Translations under genes and position numbers: made by a program | Notes under the pieces: generated by a model | The model's database searches: none | Told to the model about the DNA's origin: nothing | Seen by the model: only the letters and a program-made list of their open reading frames with translations | In this document: positions 1 through 10,001 of the stretch, in pieces | Layout: every line of letters starts with the position of its first letter | Numbering within the stretch: position 1 is the stretch's first letter | Origin: a bacterium | GTDB taxonomy: Archaea; Thermoplasmatota; E2; JACPAO01; JAHFTW01 | Length of the DNA stretch: 64,000 nt | Direction of reading: 5' to 3' | NCBI GenBank assembly: GCA_040390065.1 | Contig: JAZJZE010000004.1 | Coordinates: 32,001-96,000 of the forward strand

Positions 1-1667
1 CGCTCCAGCATGTCGAGCGGCTGCGACTGGATGGCCGAGATCATGACGATGGTGCCGCGGCGCTGCAACCCCTGGATGGCGCGCTCGAGGGCGTTGAGGC
101 CCGTTGCGTCGAGGTATGGCACGTCGCGCATGCGCAGCACGACCACCTTGGGCGCTTCGGAGACGCGCGCCATGGCCTCGGAGAATTGGTCCGCGGCGCC
201 GAAGAAGAAGGGGCCGTCGATGGAGTAGACGAGCACGCCGTGCGGCACCTCGTCAGCCGTGAAGCGGTGCTCCGATGCAGCCGTGTCGGCGAGCGGGTCG
301 ACGGCGCCAACCCGGGTCATTCCGCTCATGCGGTGCAGGAACAACGCGAAGGCGGCGATTAGGCCGACCATGACGCCCCACGTCAGGTCGACGAGGACCG
401 TCACGCCAAACGTGGCAATCATGACGGCTGCGTCGCTGCGCGGCATGCGCAGGATCTTGGCAAAGTGGTGGCGCTCGCTCATGTTCCATGCGACAACGGC
501 GAGGATGCCGGCGAGGCACGCCATGGGGATGAGGCCCGCGTACGGGGCGAAGAAGTACAGGACCGCTGCGACCATGGCGACGTGGACGAGGGCGGAGACC
601 GGCGTGCGGCCGCCGTTCTGGATGTTGGTGGCCGTGCGCGCAATGGCGCCCGTGGCCGCGATGCCGCCGAACAGGGGGCTGCCGATGTTGGCGATGCCTT
701 GACCGATGAGTTCCTGGTTCGAGTCATGCCGGATCGTCTTGCCTTTGGTGCTGCCCGCCACCATGCCATCGGCCACGACGGCCGCCAGCAGGGACTCGAT
801 GGCGCCCAGCATCGCAATCGTGATGGCGCTCGGGAAGACCTCCCTGACCGCGGTCCAGCCGGCCCCGAAGCCAGCCGTCAGAGGAGACGGGATTGCCGGC
901 GCCGGCAGCCCTTGCGGGAGGGCATTGTACTTGGATTCCACGGTGATGATGGCCCCGTCGGGCAAGTGCGGTCCCGCGATGGCGGCGGCGATGGTGAACA
1001 AGCCGACGGCGACGATGGGGCCGGGGACGCGGGGAATGAACTTCTTGATGAGTTGGATGACGGCGATCGTGCCGAGGGCCATGCCGATGGCGTAGCGGTT
1101 GCCTTCGTGAGCGACGATGCCCTTCAACACCTCCCACGCCTTGACGAGGGGTTCGGCCGGCGGATGCGCACCGAGGCCCACACCGAAGAGGTCCGGCGTC
1201 TGGTTGGCAAAGATCACGACCGCGATACCGGCGGTGAAGCCGACCGTGACGGGATACGGGATGAACTTGATCACGGTTCCAAGCTTGAAGACACCAGCAA
1301 GGACCAGGAGGATGCCAGCCACCAGCGTGGCCAGAAGGAGGTAGGAGAGGCCTTGGCCCGGATGCAGGAGTTCGAACTTGTCGACGACGCCGGCAAGCAC
1401 GACGACGAAGGCGCCCGTCGGACCGGTGACCAGGAAGCGGCTGCCGCCGAACAGTGCCGCCAGGCTTCCCGCGATGACGACGGTGACAAGGCCGTTCGTT
1501 GGATTGGCGTGGCTGCCGATGGCGAAGGCAATGGCGAGGGGGATGGCCACGCATCCGACGATGAGGCCGGCCGTGGCATCGCTTAGGAAGTCCGCCGGCC
1601 GGTAGCCGCGCAACGATTCGACGATGGCGAGGCGTTCCGTCCAGCGGGGCTTGGCGGGGGCGTCCAT
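1..1667 (-). CDS. SulP family inorganic anion permease with C-terminal STAS domain (3' end runs off the window)
   Basis: Hand-translated open frame from ATG 1667: DATAGLIVGCVAIPLAIAFAI, GPTGAF, GAIARTATNI, and STAS YSIDGPFFFGAA...VPYLDATG. Confidence 0.93.
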   Translation of the reverse strand, partial: MDAPAKPRWTERLAIVESLRGYRPADFLSDATAGLIVGCVAIPLAIAFAIGSHANPTNGLVTVVIAGSLAALFGGSRFLVTGPTGAFVVVLAGVVDKFELLHPGQGLSYLLLATLVAGILLVLAGVFKLGTVIKFIPYPVTVGFTAGIAVVIFANQTPDLFGVGLGAHPPAEPLVKAWEVLKGIVAHEGNRYAIGMALGTIAVIQLIKKFIPRVPGPIVAVGLFTIAAAIAGPHLPDGAIITVESKYNALPQGLPAPAIPSPLTAGFGAGWTAVREVFPSAITIAMLGAIESLLAAVVADGMVAGSTKGKTIRHDSNQELIGQGIANIGSPLFGGIAATGAIARTATNIQNGGRTPVSALVHVAMVAAVLYFFAPYAGLIPMACLAGILAVVAWNMSERHHFAKILRMPRSDAAVMIATFGVTVLVDLTWGVMVGLIAAFALFLHRMSGMTRVGAVDPLADTAASEHRFTADEVPHGVLVYSIDGPFFFGAADQFSEAMARVSEAPKVVVLRMRDVPYLDATGLNALERAIQGLQRRGTIVMISAIQSQPLDMLE

Positions 1668-1750
1668 GACAGAGCGAAGGGGACGCGAGTTGCAGGATAC
1701 CGTATACCTTCCGTTTGCCCGGCCGCGGACCGGACTTATAGCGTCAAACC

Positions 1751-2533
1751 ATGGCGGGCCGCGTGGACGGAGCCGTCATCGCGCTGCTGGCGCTGGTAGG
1801 CTTCGGCTCCTCATTCATTGACAGCCAGGTCGGTGGCGGCGGCGTCATCAGCCTGCCGGCGCTGCTTCTTGCCGGGCTTCCCTCCAAGATGGCGCTAGGG
1901 ACGAACAAGCTCGGCGGAACGGCAAGCGCCCTCGTGGCGTCGTCCAACTACTTGCACAAGGGCGCGGTCCCCGTGCGCCATGCCCTCATCTTCGCGCCGC
2001 TGGCCTTCGTGGGCGGCGCCGTCGGCGTCTGGGCCGTCCTGCACTCGGATGCCACCTGGCTGGTCCCCGCTGTCATCGTCGTGATGGCCGCGATGGCCGT
2101 GTACGTGCTCGTGCGGCCGCGTTTCGGCGCCGAGGACACGCTTGCCCCGGGGCTTCTGCCCGCCGTCGCCATGGGACTCGCGGCCCTGGATATCGGAACG
2201 TACGACGGCATCCTTGGGCCGGGGACGGGCTCGATGGCCATTTTCGCCCTCGTGGGACTGCTGGGCTACGGCTTCCGGCGCGCGGCCGCCTTGGGCCGCG
2301 TCCTCAACCTGGCAAGCAACGTGAGCGCCCTCGGCTACTGGATCTGGGCCGGCCAAGTCGATTGGCAGGTCGGCATCCCCATGGCCGCGGCGATGGGACT
2401 CGGCGGCTACGTGGGCTCGCACACGACGCTGCGACACGGCGAGAAGGTCGTGAAGCCGCTCTTCGAAGCTATCACCCTCATGCTGCTGGTCAGCCTGGCG
2501 TACCGGTTCGCCCATGGGCAAGCGTGGGTCTGA
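1751..2533 (+). CDS. TSUP (TauE/SafE) family membrane transporter
   Basis: IDSQVGGGGVISLPALL, ALGTNKL, YDGILGPGTGS motifs; about 8 TM segments. Confidence 0.9.
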   Translation: MAGRVDGAVIALLALVGFGSSFIDSQVGGGGVISLPALLLAGLPSKMALGTNKLGGTASALVASSNYLHKGAVPVRHALIFAPLAFVGGAVGVWAVLHSDATWLVPAVIVVMAAMAVYVLVRPRFGAEDTLAPGLLPAVAMGLAALDIGTYDGILGPGTGSMAIFALVGLLGYGFRRAAALGRVLNLASNVSALGYWIWAGQVDWQVGIPMAAAMGLGGYVGSHTTLRHGEKVVKPLFEAITLMLLVSLAYRFAHGQAWV

Positions 2534-2590
2534 ACCTACGGCATGACCGTCCCAAGTCCCCTAAATGGGAGGAGGGCCAAGGGAAGGGCG

Positions 2591-3715
2591 ATGGCGTCCG
2601 ACGCGATGCGTCTCGGCCTTGGATTGGCGGCGGCCGTCCTGCTCCTCGTTCCGTTGCTGCCGGCCGCGACGGCTGCCGACCCCGTCTTCGGCGTGCCTCC
2701 CGACGGTCCCGCGGGCCCGGTGAAGTCGCTGCGTGAGATTGGCAAGGGTTTGCTTGGCCAGGAGGTGACCACGAAGGCGGTGAAGGTCAAGTCCGTCTCG
2801 TGCACGGCGTGCGACTCACCGACGACGCCGGCGGACTTCACGGTGTCCGATGGCGATGCGACCGTGCGCGTCCACGTGCAGAACAGTTGGCAGCCGGGCT
2901 GGAATCCGAAGAAGCAGAATTTCCTGCCGCGTCCCGGCATGATGGTCGTCGTGCAAGGCCGCGTCCAGGCCGCGGGGTCGACGCACATCATCGAGATGAA
3001 GCGCTTCGGCGAGGTCGGCCATCCGGGCCCGACGGTGCACGCCTACGATGTCGCCGCCGGCAAGTCGCCGCGAGAATCCTATGCCTGGCTGGCGCCCGTC
3101 ACGGTCCTGAACGTGGCGCGCTGGGACGATGGCGACTACACGTTTGACGTTCGCGACCCCGCGGGCGGGGGCCTCATCCATGTGGAGTTCACGCCGCCAT
3201 TCTACGGCCAACTGCACATCCCGAAAAAGGGCGAGACCGTGACTCCATACGGCATGCTGCACTTCGACGATGACCACGGCTGGTGGGAAATGCATCCAGT
3301 ACGATGTTGGTCCCAGTCGGAATGCGTCCCGGCCGCGGCGTCCTACCTGCGTAACGGCATGACGCCCGGGACGCCGGCCAGCGGTGGGTACTACCTGCAG
3401 GGCGGGGTGGTCCCTCTTTGGGTGCCGATGTCAGGCATGACCCTCCACCAGGCCGACCTGCACGCACACTTCACGCCCTCGCCGAACGGCAATGAGTGGT
3501 GGGTGCAAGTCACGGTCACGACCGACCGTTCGACGCTCGCATGGGTGGACGCCCGCGTCGGCGTCTCCGGCACGTGGATCCGGCTCGGCCACGCGTGGTG
3601 GGGCGACTGGGTCAAGTCGATGCACGCTCCTGCCGGCTCTCAGGTGCAGTTCCGCGCCGTCGCCGCCGATGGCGGATTCCAGACGAGTGCCTGGACCGAG
3701 TGGCCGCCCCACTGA
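2591..3715 (+). CDS. Secreted protein with two putative OB-fold modules and a Trp-rich C-terminal beta domain
   Basis: Signal peptide MRLGLGLAAAVLLLVPLLPAATA; DGDYTF..VEFTP..G..V...G....D.DHGWWEMHPV; C-terminal NEWWVQV...WWGDW; start uncertain (2543/2591/2606). Confidence 0.65.
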   Translation: MASDAMRLGLGLAAAVLLLVPLLPAATAADPVFGVPPDGPAGPVKSLREIGKGLLGQEVTTKAVKVKSVSCTACDSPTTPADFTVSDGDATVRVHVQNSWQPGWNPKKQNFLPRPGMMVVVQGRVQAAGSTHIIEMKRFGEVGHPGPTVHAYDVAAGKSPRESYAWLAPVTVLNVARWDDGDYTFDVRDPAGGGLIHVEFTPPFYGQLHIPKKGETVTPYGMLHFDDDHGWWEMHPVRCWSQSECVPAAASYLRNGMTPGTPASGGYYLQGGVVPLWVPMSGMTLHQADLHAHFTPSPNGNEWWVQVTVTTDRSTLAWVDARVGVSGTWIRLGHAWWGDWVKSMHAPAGSQVQFRAVAADGGFQTSAWTEWPPH

Positions 3716-3762
3716 GGCGCTTCAGGAGAAAGACTTCAAACGCACGGCCCGTGCCGCGCGCC

Positions 3763-4983
3763 ATGGCCGAGCACACCCCTGACCCCGAGTACTCCTGGAC
3801 GAAGCCGGAATTCTTCGAGGCGCCCGTCCGCCAGGTGCAGCCGACGAAGGATGTCGTGAAGCTCATCGACATGATGCGCGACACGTCGGCGCAAGGCCGC
3901 CAATTGGGCATGGTATGCGACATCCTGCGCCGCGCGCTCGAGGACCCGGACCGCCCCACCGTGGTGCTGGCCACCGCGGGCACGCTCATCAGCACGGGCA
4001 TGCGCGACCTCTTCGTCAAGATGGTCGAAGCCGGCTTCATCGACTGCTGGGTGTCCACGGGCGGCTGCATCGACGACGACCTGTACATCAGCCTCGGCGG
4101 ACCTGTCGGCATCGGGCGACCTGGAGTCGACAACCTGCTGCTGCGCGAGCACATGATTGACCGGCTGTACGACTCGTACATCGACGAGGATTTCCTGCGC
4201 GCCTGCGACGGCTACATCTCCTACATGGCCGACGACCCGAAGCTGGCCGGGCCCCACACCAGTCGCGAATTCATCCAGCACCTCGGCAACTCCATCCTGG
4301 CCCGCAAGACGTACAACGGCCTGACGCCCAGCAACGACGGCGTCATCGCGGCTGTCGCCAAAGCCGAGGTCCCGATGTTCATCCCGGCACTGACCGACTG
4401 CTCGATGGGCATCGGCCTGTGCATCAACCACTGGCGCCACACCCGCGCCGGAACGAAGAAGACCTTCTTCCACGACCCCGTCGCGGACAACTGGGAGATT
4501 ACACAACTCAAGGGCAACTCGAAGAAGTCCTGCGTCATCTACCTGGGCGGCGGCGTGCCGAAGAACTTCGTCAACGACTGCGAAGTCGTGTGCGAGACGA
4601 CCGAGTACACGGACCGCGAAGGCCACGAGTATGCCGTCAACATCACCATGGACCGCCCCGAATTCAACGGCCTCTCCGGCAGCACGCTCGAGGAGGCCCA
4701 AGCGTGGGGCAAGGTGCACCGCAACGCCACGAAGGCCACCGCCTACGCGGATGTGCTCTTGGCTTGGCCCCTTGTTGCCAACTACCTTCTTGCCACCTGC
4801 AAGCCCCGCAAACTCCTTCGCCCCAAATACAAGGGCAACGACCTCGTCGAGCTTGGCGGCAAGAAGATCGCGCGCCGCACCGGCAAGTTCGCCGAAGCCC
4901 CGGAACCCGTCGAGCCCAAGATGGGCAAGAAGGGCAAGGCCGCGAACGGGAAGAAGGCGGTCTTGACGGTCAAGTCGCGGTAA
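3763..4983 (+). CDS. dys: Deoxyhypusine synthase
   Basis: LISTGMR, FIPALTDCSMG, GGGVPKNF, GLSGSTLEEAQAWGK with catalytic Lys retained. Confidence 0.92.
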   Translation: MAEHTPDPEYSWTKPEFFEAPVRQVQPTKDVVKLIDMMRDTSAQGRQLGMVCDILRRALEDPDRPTVVLATAGTLISTGMRDLFVKMVEAGFIDCWVSTGGCIDDDLYISLGGPVGIGRPGVDNLLLREHMIDRLYDSYIDEDFLRACDGYISYMADDPKLAGPHTSREFIQHLGNSILARKTYNGLTPSNDGVIAAVAKAEVPMFIPALTDCSMGIGLCINHWRHTRAGTKKTFFHDPVADNWEITQLKGNSKKSCVIYLGGGVPKNFVNDCEVVCETTEYTDREGHEYAVNITMDRPEFNGLSGSTLEEAQAWGKVHRNATKATAYADVLLAWPLVANYLLATCKPRKLLRPKYKGNDLVELGGKKIARRTGKFAEAPEPVEPKMGKKGKAANGKKAVLTVKSR

Positions 4984-5021
4984 GGCAATCCTCAAGCCCC
5001 AAGGCCGGAATCGCTCGCGCC

Positions 5022-5732
5022 ATGCGAAGGGCCGCCGTTGTCGTCTTGCTCGTCTGCGCCGTCCCAGCAGCCGCCGCAGTCAACACGGGCACAATCGCGA
5101 TGCACGACGGCTTCTCCAGTCTCGCAATGCACGCATTTGCCGAAGCTCCCAGGGATGCGGCGCGCTCCTTCCGGGAGGCCGCCGACCACGACGGCGACGC
5201 ACAGGTGACGCAGGACGAGGCCGACGCGTTCATGGCGGCGGTCCGACCGGACTCGGAGCATCGCGGCCGCGAGTCCCTCAAGACGTCCATGCGGCTGGAC
5301 GACGCCTTCCCGACGGATGCAAGCGTGTCGACGGCTATCGCTGGTCTCGTCGGCCCCGTCGCCACGACGGCACCCCTTACGGCATCGCTCAACGCCACGG
5401 TGACGTTTGCGCCAGGCACCGGCCCAACCCACACGCTGCGAATGACGGGCTCGCCGGTCTCGGGCGCCGACTCGTCCGCCATCACGTTCACCCTGACGGC
5501 ACCGTCCGGGTTCGTGATTGCCAGCCAAGAGGGCCTTAAGCAGGCGGCCTTCGCCCCCGATCGCCATTCCGTCACGTTCGTCGACGACAGCCAGGGCAAC
5601 GCCACCATCGAATTCGCACCCGCCGGGGCGCAATCCGCCCAGCCAAGCCCACCCTTCGGCATCTTGCCGGGCCTCGCCGCAATCCTGGTCGGTGCCTTCC
5701 TCGCCCGCGGCAAGCCGGGCGCGGCAGATTGA
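5022..5732 (+). CDS. Secreted surface protein with C-terminal PGF-CTERM-like anchor; paralog of 7802..8530
   Basis: Signal peptide; DHDGDAQVTQDE EF-hand-like loop; C-terminal SPPFG + TM + basic tail. Confidence 0.75.
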   Translation: MRRAAVVVLLVCAVPAAAAVNTGTIAMHDGFSSLAMHAFAEAPRDAARSFREAADHDGDAQVTQDEADAFMAAVRPDSEHRGRESLKTSMRLDDAFPTDASVSTAIAGLVGPVATTAPLTASLNATVTFAPGTGPTHTLRMTGSPVSGADSSAITFTLTAPSGFVIASQEGLKQAAFAPDRHSVTFVDDSQGNATIEFAPAGAQSAQPSPPFGILPGLAAILVGAFLARGKPGAAD

Positions 5733-5757
5733 CGTCCCCCGACGCCATCGCCCACCC

Positions 5758-6408
5758 GTGCGCAAGGCATCCTGGGGCGCCCTCGGACTTGCTGTCTTCG
5801 CCGTTGCCACGATGCGACCCGTTGCGGCGAACCTGTCGCTGCACGGCATCCTCAGCCTAGGCGCCCTTGCGGGATACATCCTGCTCAGCCTCGAGCCGCC
5901 CACGGCGCACAAGTCGCAACGCGCCTTCATGCTGGCGGGCGTCGGCTGCGCGATTGCATCCTTCATCATCGTCCAAGTCGGCGAACGCCAGGCCGCGTCC
6001 AGTCAAGCACCACTGCACGCGGTGGCGGACGTTCTTGCCGTCGCCGTCGTGGCGCTGCCGCTGTGGCTTGGCAACCGCATGATGCAGCCGTTCTTTGCCG
6101 CCGCCGGCGCGATGGCCTTCATGGGGAACTTCCTGACGCAAGACGGCGTCATGTCAGCCTCTGCCTGGGCATCCGTTGCCAGCTTCGGGTTGTGTGGCGT
6201 CACTGCGGCGTGGACGGCGTACCGCTTCGAGCACCCGCACGTCGCCGCCGCCCAAAAGCGGCCGCGCATCGTCACCGCCTACGACATCGTGCGACTCACC
6301 GATGCCGAGAAGGCGGAGCGCATCGCCAAGCTGGATGCCCGCCTTGCCGCTGGCGAACTGGAGGAACACAAGTACTGGGACTTGCGGCAGGAGATCGAGG
6401 CGAGGTGA
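5758..6408 (+). CDS. Hypothetical multi-pass membrane protein with C-terminal SHOCT-like helical tail
   Basis: About 6 hydrophobic segments, then IAKLDARLAAGELEEHKYWDLRQEIE; GTG start inferred. Confidence 0.65.
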   Translation: MRKASWGALGLAVFAVATMRPVAANLSLHGILSLGALAGYILLSLEPPTAHKSQRAFMLAGVGCAIASFIIVQVGERQAASSQAPLHAVADVLAVAVVALPLWLGNRMMQPFFAAAGAMAFMGNFLTQDGVMSASAWASVASFGLCGVTAAWTAYRFEHPHVAAAQKRPRIVTAYDIVRLTDAEKAERIAKLDARLAAGELEEHKYWDLRQEIEAR

Positions 6409-6816
6409 CTACGACTCGCAGACGTCCTGCGTGGCCAGGGTCAGCACCAGGTCCTCGGTGCCATTCCACATCGCCGAAATCGTGCCTTGCAGGGCGCAGC
6501 TGCCGCTCGTCATGAATTCGTACTCGCCCGCATCGACGAAGCCGAAGGCAACGCAGCCCTTGGCGTTGGAACGACTGTCGGCATAGGCGTGCCAATCGCG
6601 CAAGGCCGTGACGCCCAGGTTTGGCGCGATGGTGCCATTGGGCGACCGCACCTGGACGAAGGCGGCCAGGTTGCCAAGGGAAAGGGAACCGCAATCGCGC
6701 ACCACCGGGGCCTCGTCCGGAGAGACCGTTGGAACCGATGCCGACGGAGGGGGTGCCTGCTGGACGGTGCAGCCGGAGACCAAGGCCGCCAGCCCGACGG
6801 CAGCCAGCCAACGCAT
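6409..6816 (-). CDS. Hypothetical lipoprotein (carboxypeptidase-regulatory/prealbumin-like beta domain possible)
   Basis: Lipobox MRWLAAVGLAALVSGC; SNAKGCVAFGFVDAGEYEF. Confidence 0.65.
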   Translation of the reverse strand: MRWLAAVGLAALVSGCTVQQAPPPSASVPTVSPDEAPVVRDCGSLSLGNLAAFVQVRSPNGTIAPNLGVTALRDWHAYADSRSNAKGCVAFGFVDAGEYEFMTSGSCALQGTISAMWNGTEDLVLTLATQDVCES

Positions 6817-6919
6817 GGTCCTTTCCTTGGCCGCGGCACGATAACTCCGTTCCTCTCCCGGCAAGCGGTCGCGTCCGGACTACGACACGCTGATTTAGCC
6901 TCCGGGCGCTGTTTGGGCA

Positions 6920-7744
6920 GTGAGACCCGCCGCGGCAAGCTCCGAGCCCCAACTCCTGGACCTCCCCATGGTCAAGGCTGGCCGCGCCGAACGCCTCAAG
7001 GCCGCCGGCATCGACACGGTCGAGAAACTGTGGAAGGCCGACATCGGGAAATTGGCGGAGCATCCCGCCTTTGCCACCGACGACGGCCTGCTTGGCCAAT
7101 TGCCCTTGCTGCAAGGGTACGCCGAGGCACACGCGAAGGGGACCGCCGTCGTGTACGCTGCCGACGAGCGCATCTTCAACTTGAAGAAACCCATCGTCCA
7201 CCTCGACCTGGAGTTCGACGGGCCGGCCGCCGAAATCTTCCTCTACGGGTTCCTCGACCACGACACCAACCGGCAGGAGCAATGGTTCGATGCCAGCCGC
7301 ACCGGGCAGGAGGGGCTCTTGCGCAACTTCCAGAAGATCTGCAAGGACGACGACCCCACCGTCGTGACGTGGGGCGGGACCTCCTCGGATGTGGTGCAGT
7401 TGCGCCGGGCGTGCGAGAAGTACAAAATGGACACGGCGTGGCTGCGCAAGGTCAAGTGGCTGGACCTGCAGACCCAAGTCGTCTACACGGGGAATCCGGA
7501 GACGCAACGCATCTACCTGCCCGTCAAGAATTTCTCCAGCGACACGGTGGCCAAGTTCTTCGGCTACCAGAAACCGCGCCTCAAGGTCAAGGACGGGTAC
7601 CAGGCCCTGAAGCTGTACCAGGCCTACAAGCGCGCCCCCCGCGAAGGCATCAAGCGCGACCTCATGGAGTACAACCTCGAGGACATCAAGCACACCAAGC
7701 TCATCCTGGAAGGTGTCCGCAACCTCATGCAGACGCATCGATAA
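6920..7744 (+). CDS. RNase H-like DEDD-type exonuclease (YprB/TM0106 C-terminal-like) with N-terminal HhH
   Basis: RAERLKAAGIDTVEKL (HhH); HLDLEFD, WLDLQ, LPVKNFSSDTVAKFFGY, YNLEDI. Confidence 0.8.
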   Translation: MRPAAASSEPQLLDLPMVKAGRAERLKAAGIDTVEKLWKADIGKLAEHPAFATDDGLLGQLPLLQGYAEAHAKGTAVVYAADERIFNLKKPIVHLDLEFDGPAAEIFLYGFLDHDTNRQEQWFDASRTGQEGLLRNFQKICKDDDPTVVTWGGTSSDVVQLRRACEKYKMDTAWLRKVKWLDLQTQVVYTGNPETQRIYLPVKNFSSDTVAKFFGYQKPRLKVKDGYQALKLYQAYKRAPREGIKRDLMEYNLEDIKHTKLILEGVRNLMQTHR

Positions 7745-7801
7745 GGCGGCACGTTGAAGGTCGGAAGGCACAAGAACCGCGACCGGCGTGGACGCGTAGT
7801 C

Positions 7802-8530
7802 ATGATGCTTCGCCTCTTGGTCGCGCTCGCCATCGTCGCCGCACCAGCCGCACACGCCCTCGACCCCGGCAGCATCACCTTCACGTCGCTGGCCGCCGCG
7901 CGTTTCGAGATCACCTCGTCGGCCTCCGGGGACGCCGCCGCAAAGACCCGCCAGGCCATCGACCGCGCCGGTCCAAACGCCACGGGCGACGGCAACGGCA
8001 TCGTGACCCAACAGGAAATCCAAGGGTACGCCGACGCCTTCAAGGTATACCGCCAGGCGGCGCTGATTGGCAGCATCACGTCCGGCAACCTGACCCTCGA
8101 CGGCCACCGCCCGACGTCGGCCTCCGTCGACCTCGTCGATTTCCGTGGCGCCGAAGGGAACATCGCAAGCGGCGATTCCCTCACCCTCGTCATCGACGTG
8201 GTCGCCGTGTTTGCCCCGGGCGCCGGGGACACACATGTCTTCGGCATGACGCGCGGCGCAAGCGAAGGCCAGCCGCCCCAGATCAGCATGACCATCACCG
8301 TGCCACCAGGCTACCGCATCGCCTCGACGAGCGGCCTGCCGACGGGGTCCTACCTGAGCGCTGACAAGCACAGCGTCGGCTTCACGGATGACCCACAGCT
8401 TTCCTGGGCTGGCACCATCGTCTTCACCCCGGAACCCCCGGCGTCGACCCCTGCGCCGGGGCTGGCCCTCGTGGCGGTGGGGCTGCTCCTCTGCGTCGGC
8501 CTGCTTCGACGCGTCTCTCGCTCGCCCTAG
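7802..8530 (+). CDS. Secreted surface protein with C-terminal anchor; paralog of 5022..5732
   Basis: Signal peptide; GDGNGIVTQQE; C-terminal STPAPG + TM + RR. Confidence 0.78.
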   Translation: MMLRLLVALAIVAAPAAHALDPGSITFTSLAAARFEITSSASGDAAAKTRQAIDRAGPNATGDGNGIVTQQEIQGYADAFKVYRQAALIGSITSGNLTLDGHRPTSASVDLVDFRGAEGNIASGDSLTLVIDVVAVFAPGAGDTHVFGMTRGASEGQPPQISMTITVPPGYRIASTSGLPTGSYLSADKHSVGFTDDPQLSWAGTIVFTPEPPASTPAPGLALVAVGLLLCVGLLRRVSRSP

Positions 8531-9978
8531 GGCGTCCGCAAGAGATACGTCGGCGTCGAGAATTCAAGGCCGTCAGCGGTAAAGCGCTTGACGACGGCTT
8601 CGCGCAGATCCGATTCGACGTCGTTGCGTTTTCGCACGTCGCCAATCCAGGCCCGCAGCGCGAAGTCGAGGCCATGGTCCCCGAGCTTGCGCAGGCGAGC
8701 ATACGGCTCGAGGCCGCCATCGGCAAGCACTTGCGGATGCGCTTTGGCCGTCTCGACCAATGCCCGCTTGACGGTCTCGGGGTCGCAGCCGAAGGCCACG
8801 CCGACATCGATCGTAATCTTGTAGCGCCGGTCCGGTTTCACGAGGTTGACGACGCGCTTGGAGGCCAACTGGTTGTTGGGCATGACGATCATCTCGTGGT
8901 TGCTGCGGTGGTACAAGTGCGTCGACCGCAACCCGATGCGAGCGACCTGGCACACCTCGCCGGACTCGAGGGCGATCTCGTCGCCTTCGCGAAACGGCTG
9001 GTCCAACAGGAGGTGCAGGCCGCTGAAGAAGTTCGACAGTGTGTCCTGCGCGGCGAACGCGACGACCATGGAGACGAGCACGGAGCCAGCGGCGAAGTAG
9101 GTGAGGTCGATGCCCAGGCCGGCGACGAAGAAGAACACGGCGCCAAGCACGATGAGGACGCCGCCCATCTTCTCAAGGACAGGGAGCAGGCGCTCGTCCA
9201 GGCGGCTGTGCAGGCGCTCGGCGTGGCGCCGGCCGTACTCGTGCAACGCCTCGTACCAGATGCGGTAGAGCACGTAGCCGACGACGGTGATCTGCACGAT
9301 GCGTGCGGCCGTCTCCGTGGTGGCAAATGCCCAGTCGGGCAACTCGAAGGCTTCGAGGCTCTGCTTGAGTCCAAGGACGAAGAGAAGGGCAAACAGCGGC
9401 GTGCCGGCGATGTCCGCTAGTGCGTCGTCGAACTTGTTGCGTGTGCGCGAGGTGATGACGCGCAAGGCGGGCTTGACCAGCAGGCGGGCCCCCAAGGCGA
9501 TGGCGAGCCAGGCGATGACGTCGAGGAGGAAGACGCCGATGGAGTTGTCGAGGGGCGGCGGCAGCGGGTTCTCGAACCGGTCGAGCACGAGGTCCGTACC
9601 ACTGGCTGTGACGGTGACGCTGGATTCGAGGTGCGTGGCGTTCGTCCCTGCCACCGCTTCGACTTCGAAACGCACGTGGGCGACGTGCGGGCTTGGCCGC
9701 GACGCCGTCTGCAGCACGACCTCGAAGGTCCGGCTCTCACCGGCGCGGATGCTCTGCTGCGGCGCGGAAAGCGTCGCGTGCCAATTGGTCGACGCGTCGA
9801 GGTGCACGGACGCCAACAAGAGTTGGCCGGGCTCGCCGGCACCCGCCGCCACGGTCCACACGTACGTGGCCGTCGTGCCGCGGCCCATCGTGTCGGGCGC
9901 CGTCGCGGGGGCTAGGTCGAGGGCATGCACCGGGGCCGCCACGAGCACGATGGCCAGGACCGGCAGCCAAGCCTTCAC
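8527..9978 (-). CDS. MscS-family mechanosensitive channel with N-terminal extracellular beta domain
   Basis: AFAAQDTLSNFFSGL, PFREGDEI, IGLRST, MPNNQL; signal peptide after GTG 9978. Confidence 0.9.
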   Translation of the reverse strand: MKAWLPVLAIVLVAAPVHALDLAPATAPDTMGRGTTATYVWTVAAGAGEPGQLLLASVHLDASTNWHATLSAPQQSIRAGESRTFEVVLQTASRPSPHVAHVRFEVEAVAGTNATHLESSVTVTASGTDLVLDRFENPLPPPLDNSIGVFLLDVIAWLAIALGARLLVKPALRVITSRTRNKFDDALADIAGTPLFALLFVLGLKQSLEAFELPDWAFATTETAARIVQITVVGYVLYRIWYEALHEYGRRHAERLHSRLDERLLPVLEKMGGVLIVLGAVFFFVAGLGIDLTYFAAGSVLVSMVVAFAAQDTLSNFFSGLHLLLDQPFREGDEIALESGEVCQVARIGLRSTHLYHRSNHEMIVMPNNQLASKRVVNLVKPDRRYKITIDVGVAFGCDPETVKRALVETAKAHPQVLADGGLEPYARLRKLGDHGLDFALRAWIGDVRKRNDVESDLREAVVKRFTADGLEFSTPTYLLRTP

Positions 9979-10001
9979 GCAGGTGGCGAGCCGGTGGCGC
10001 G

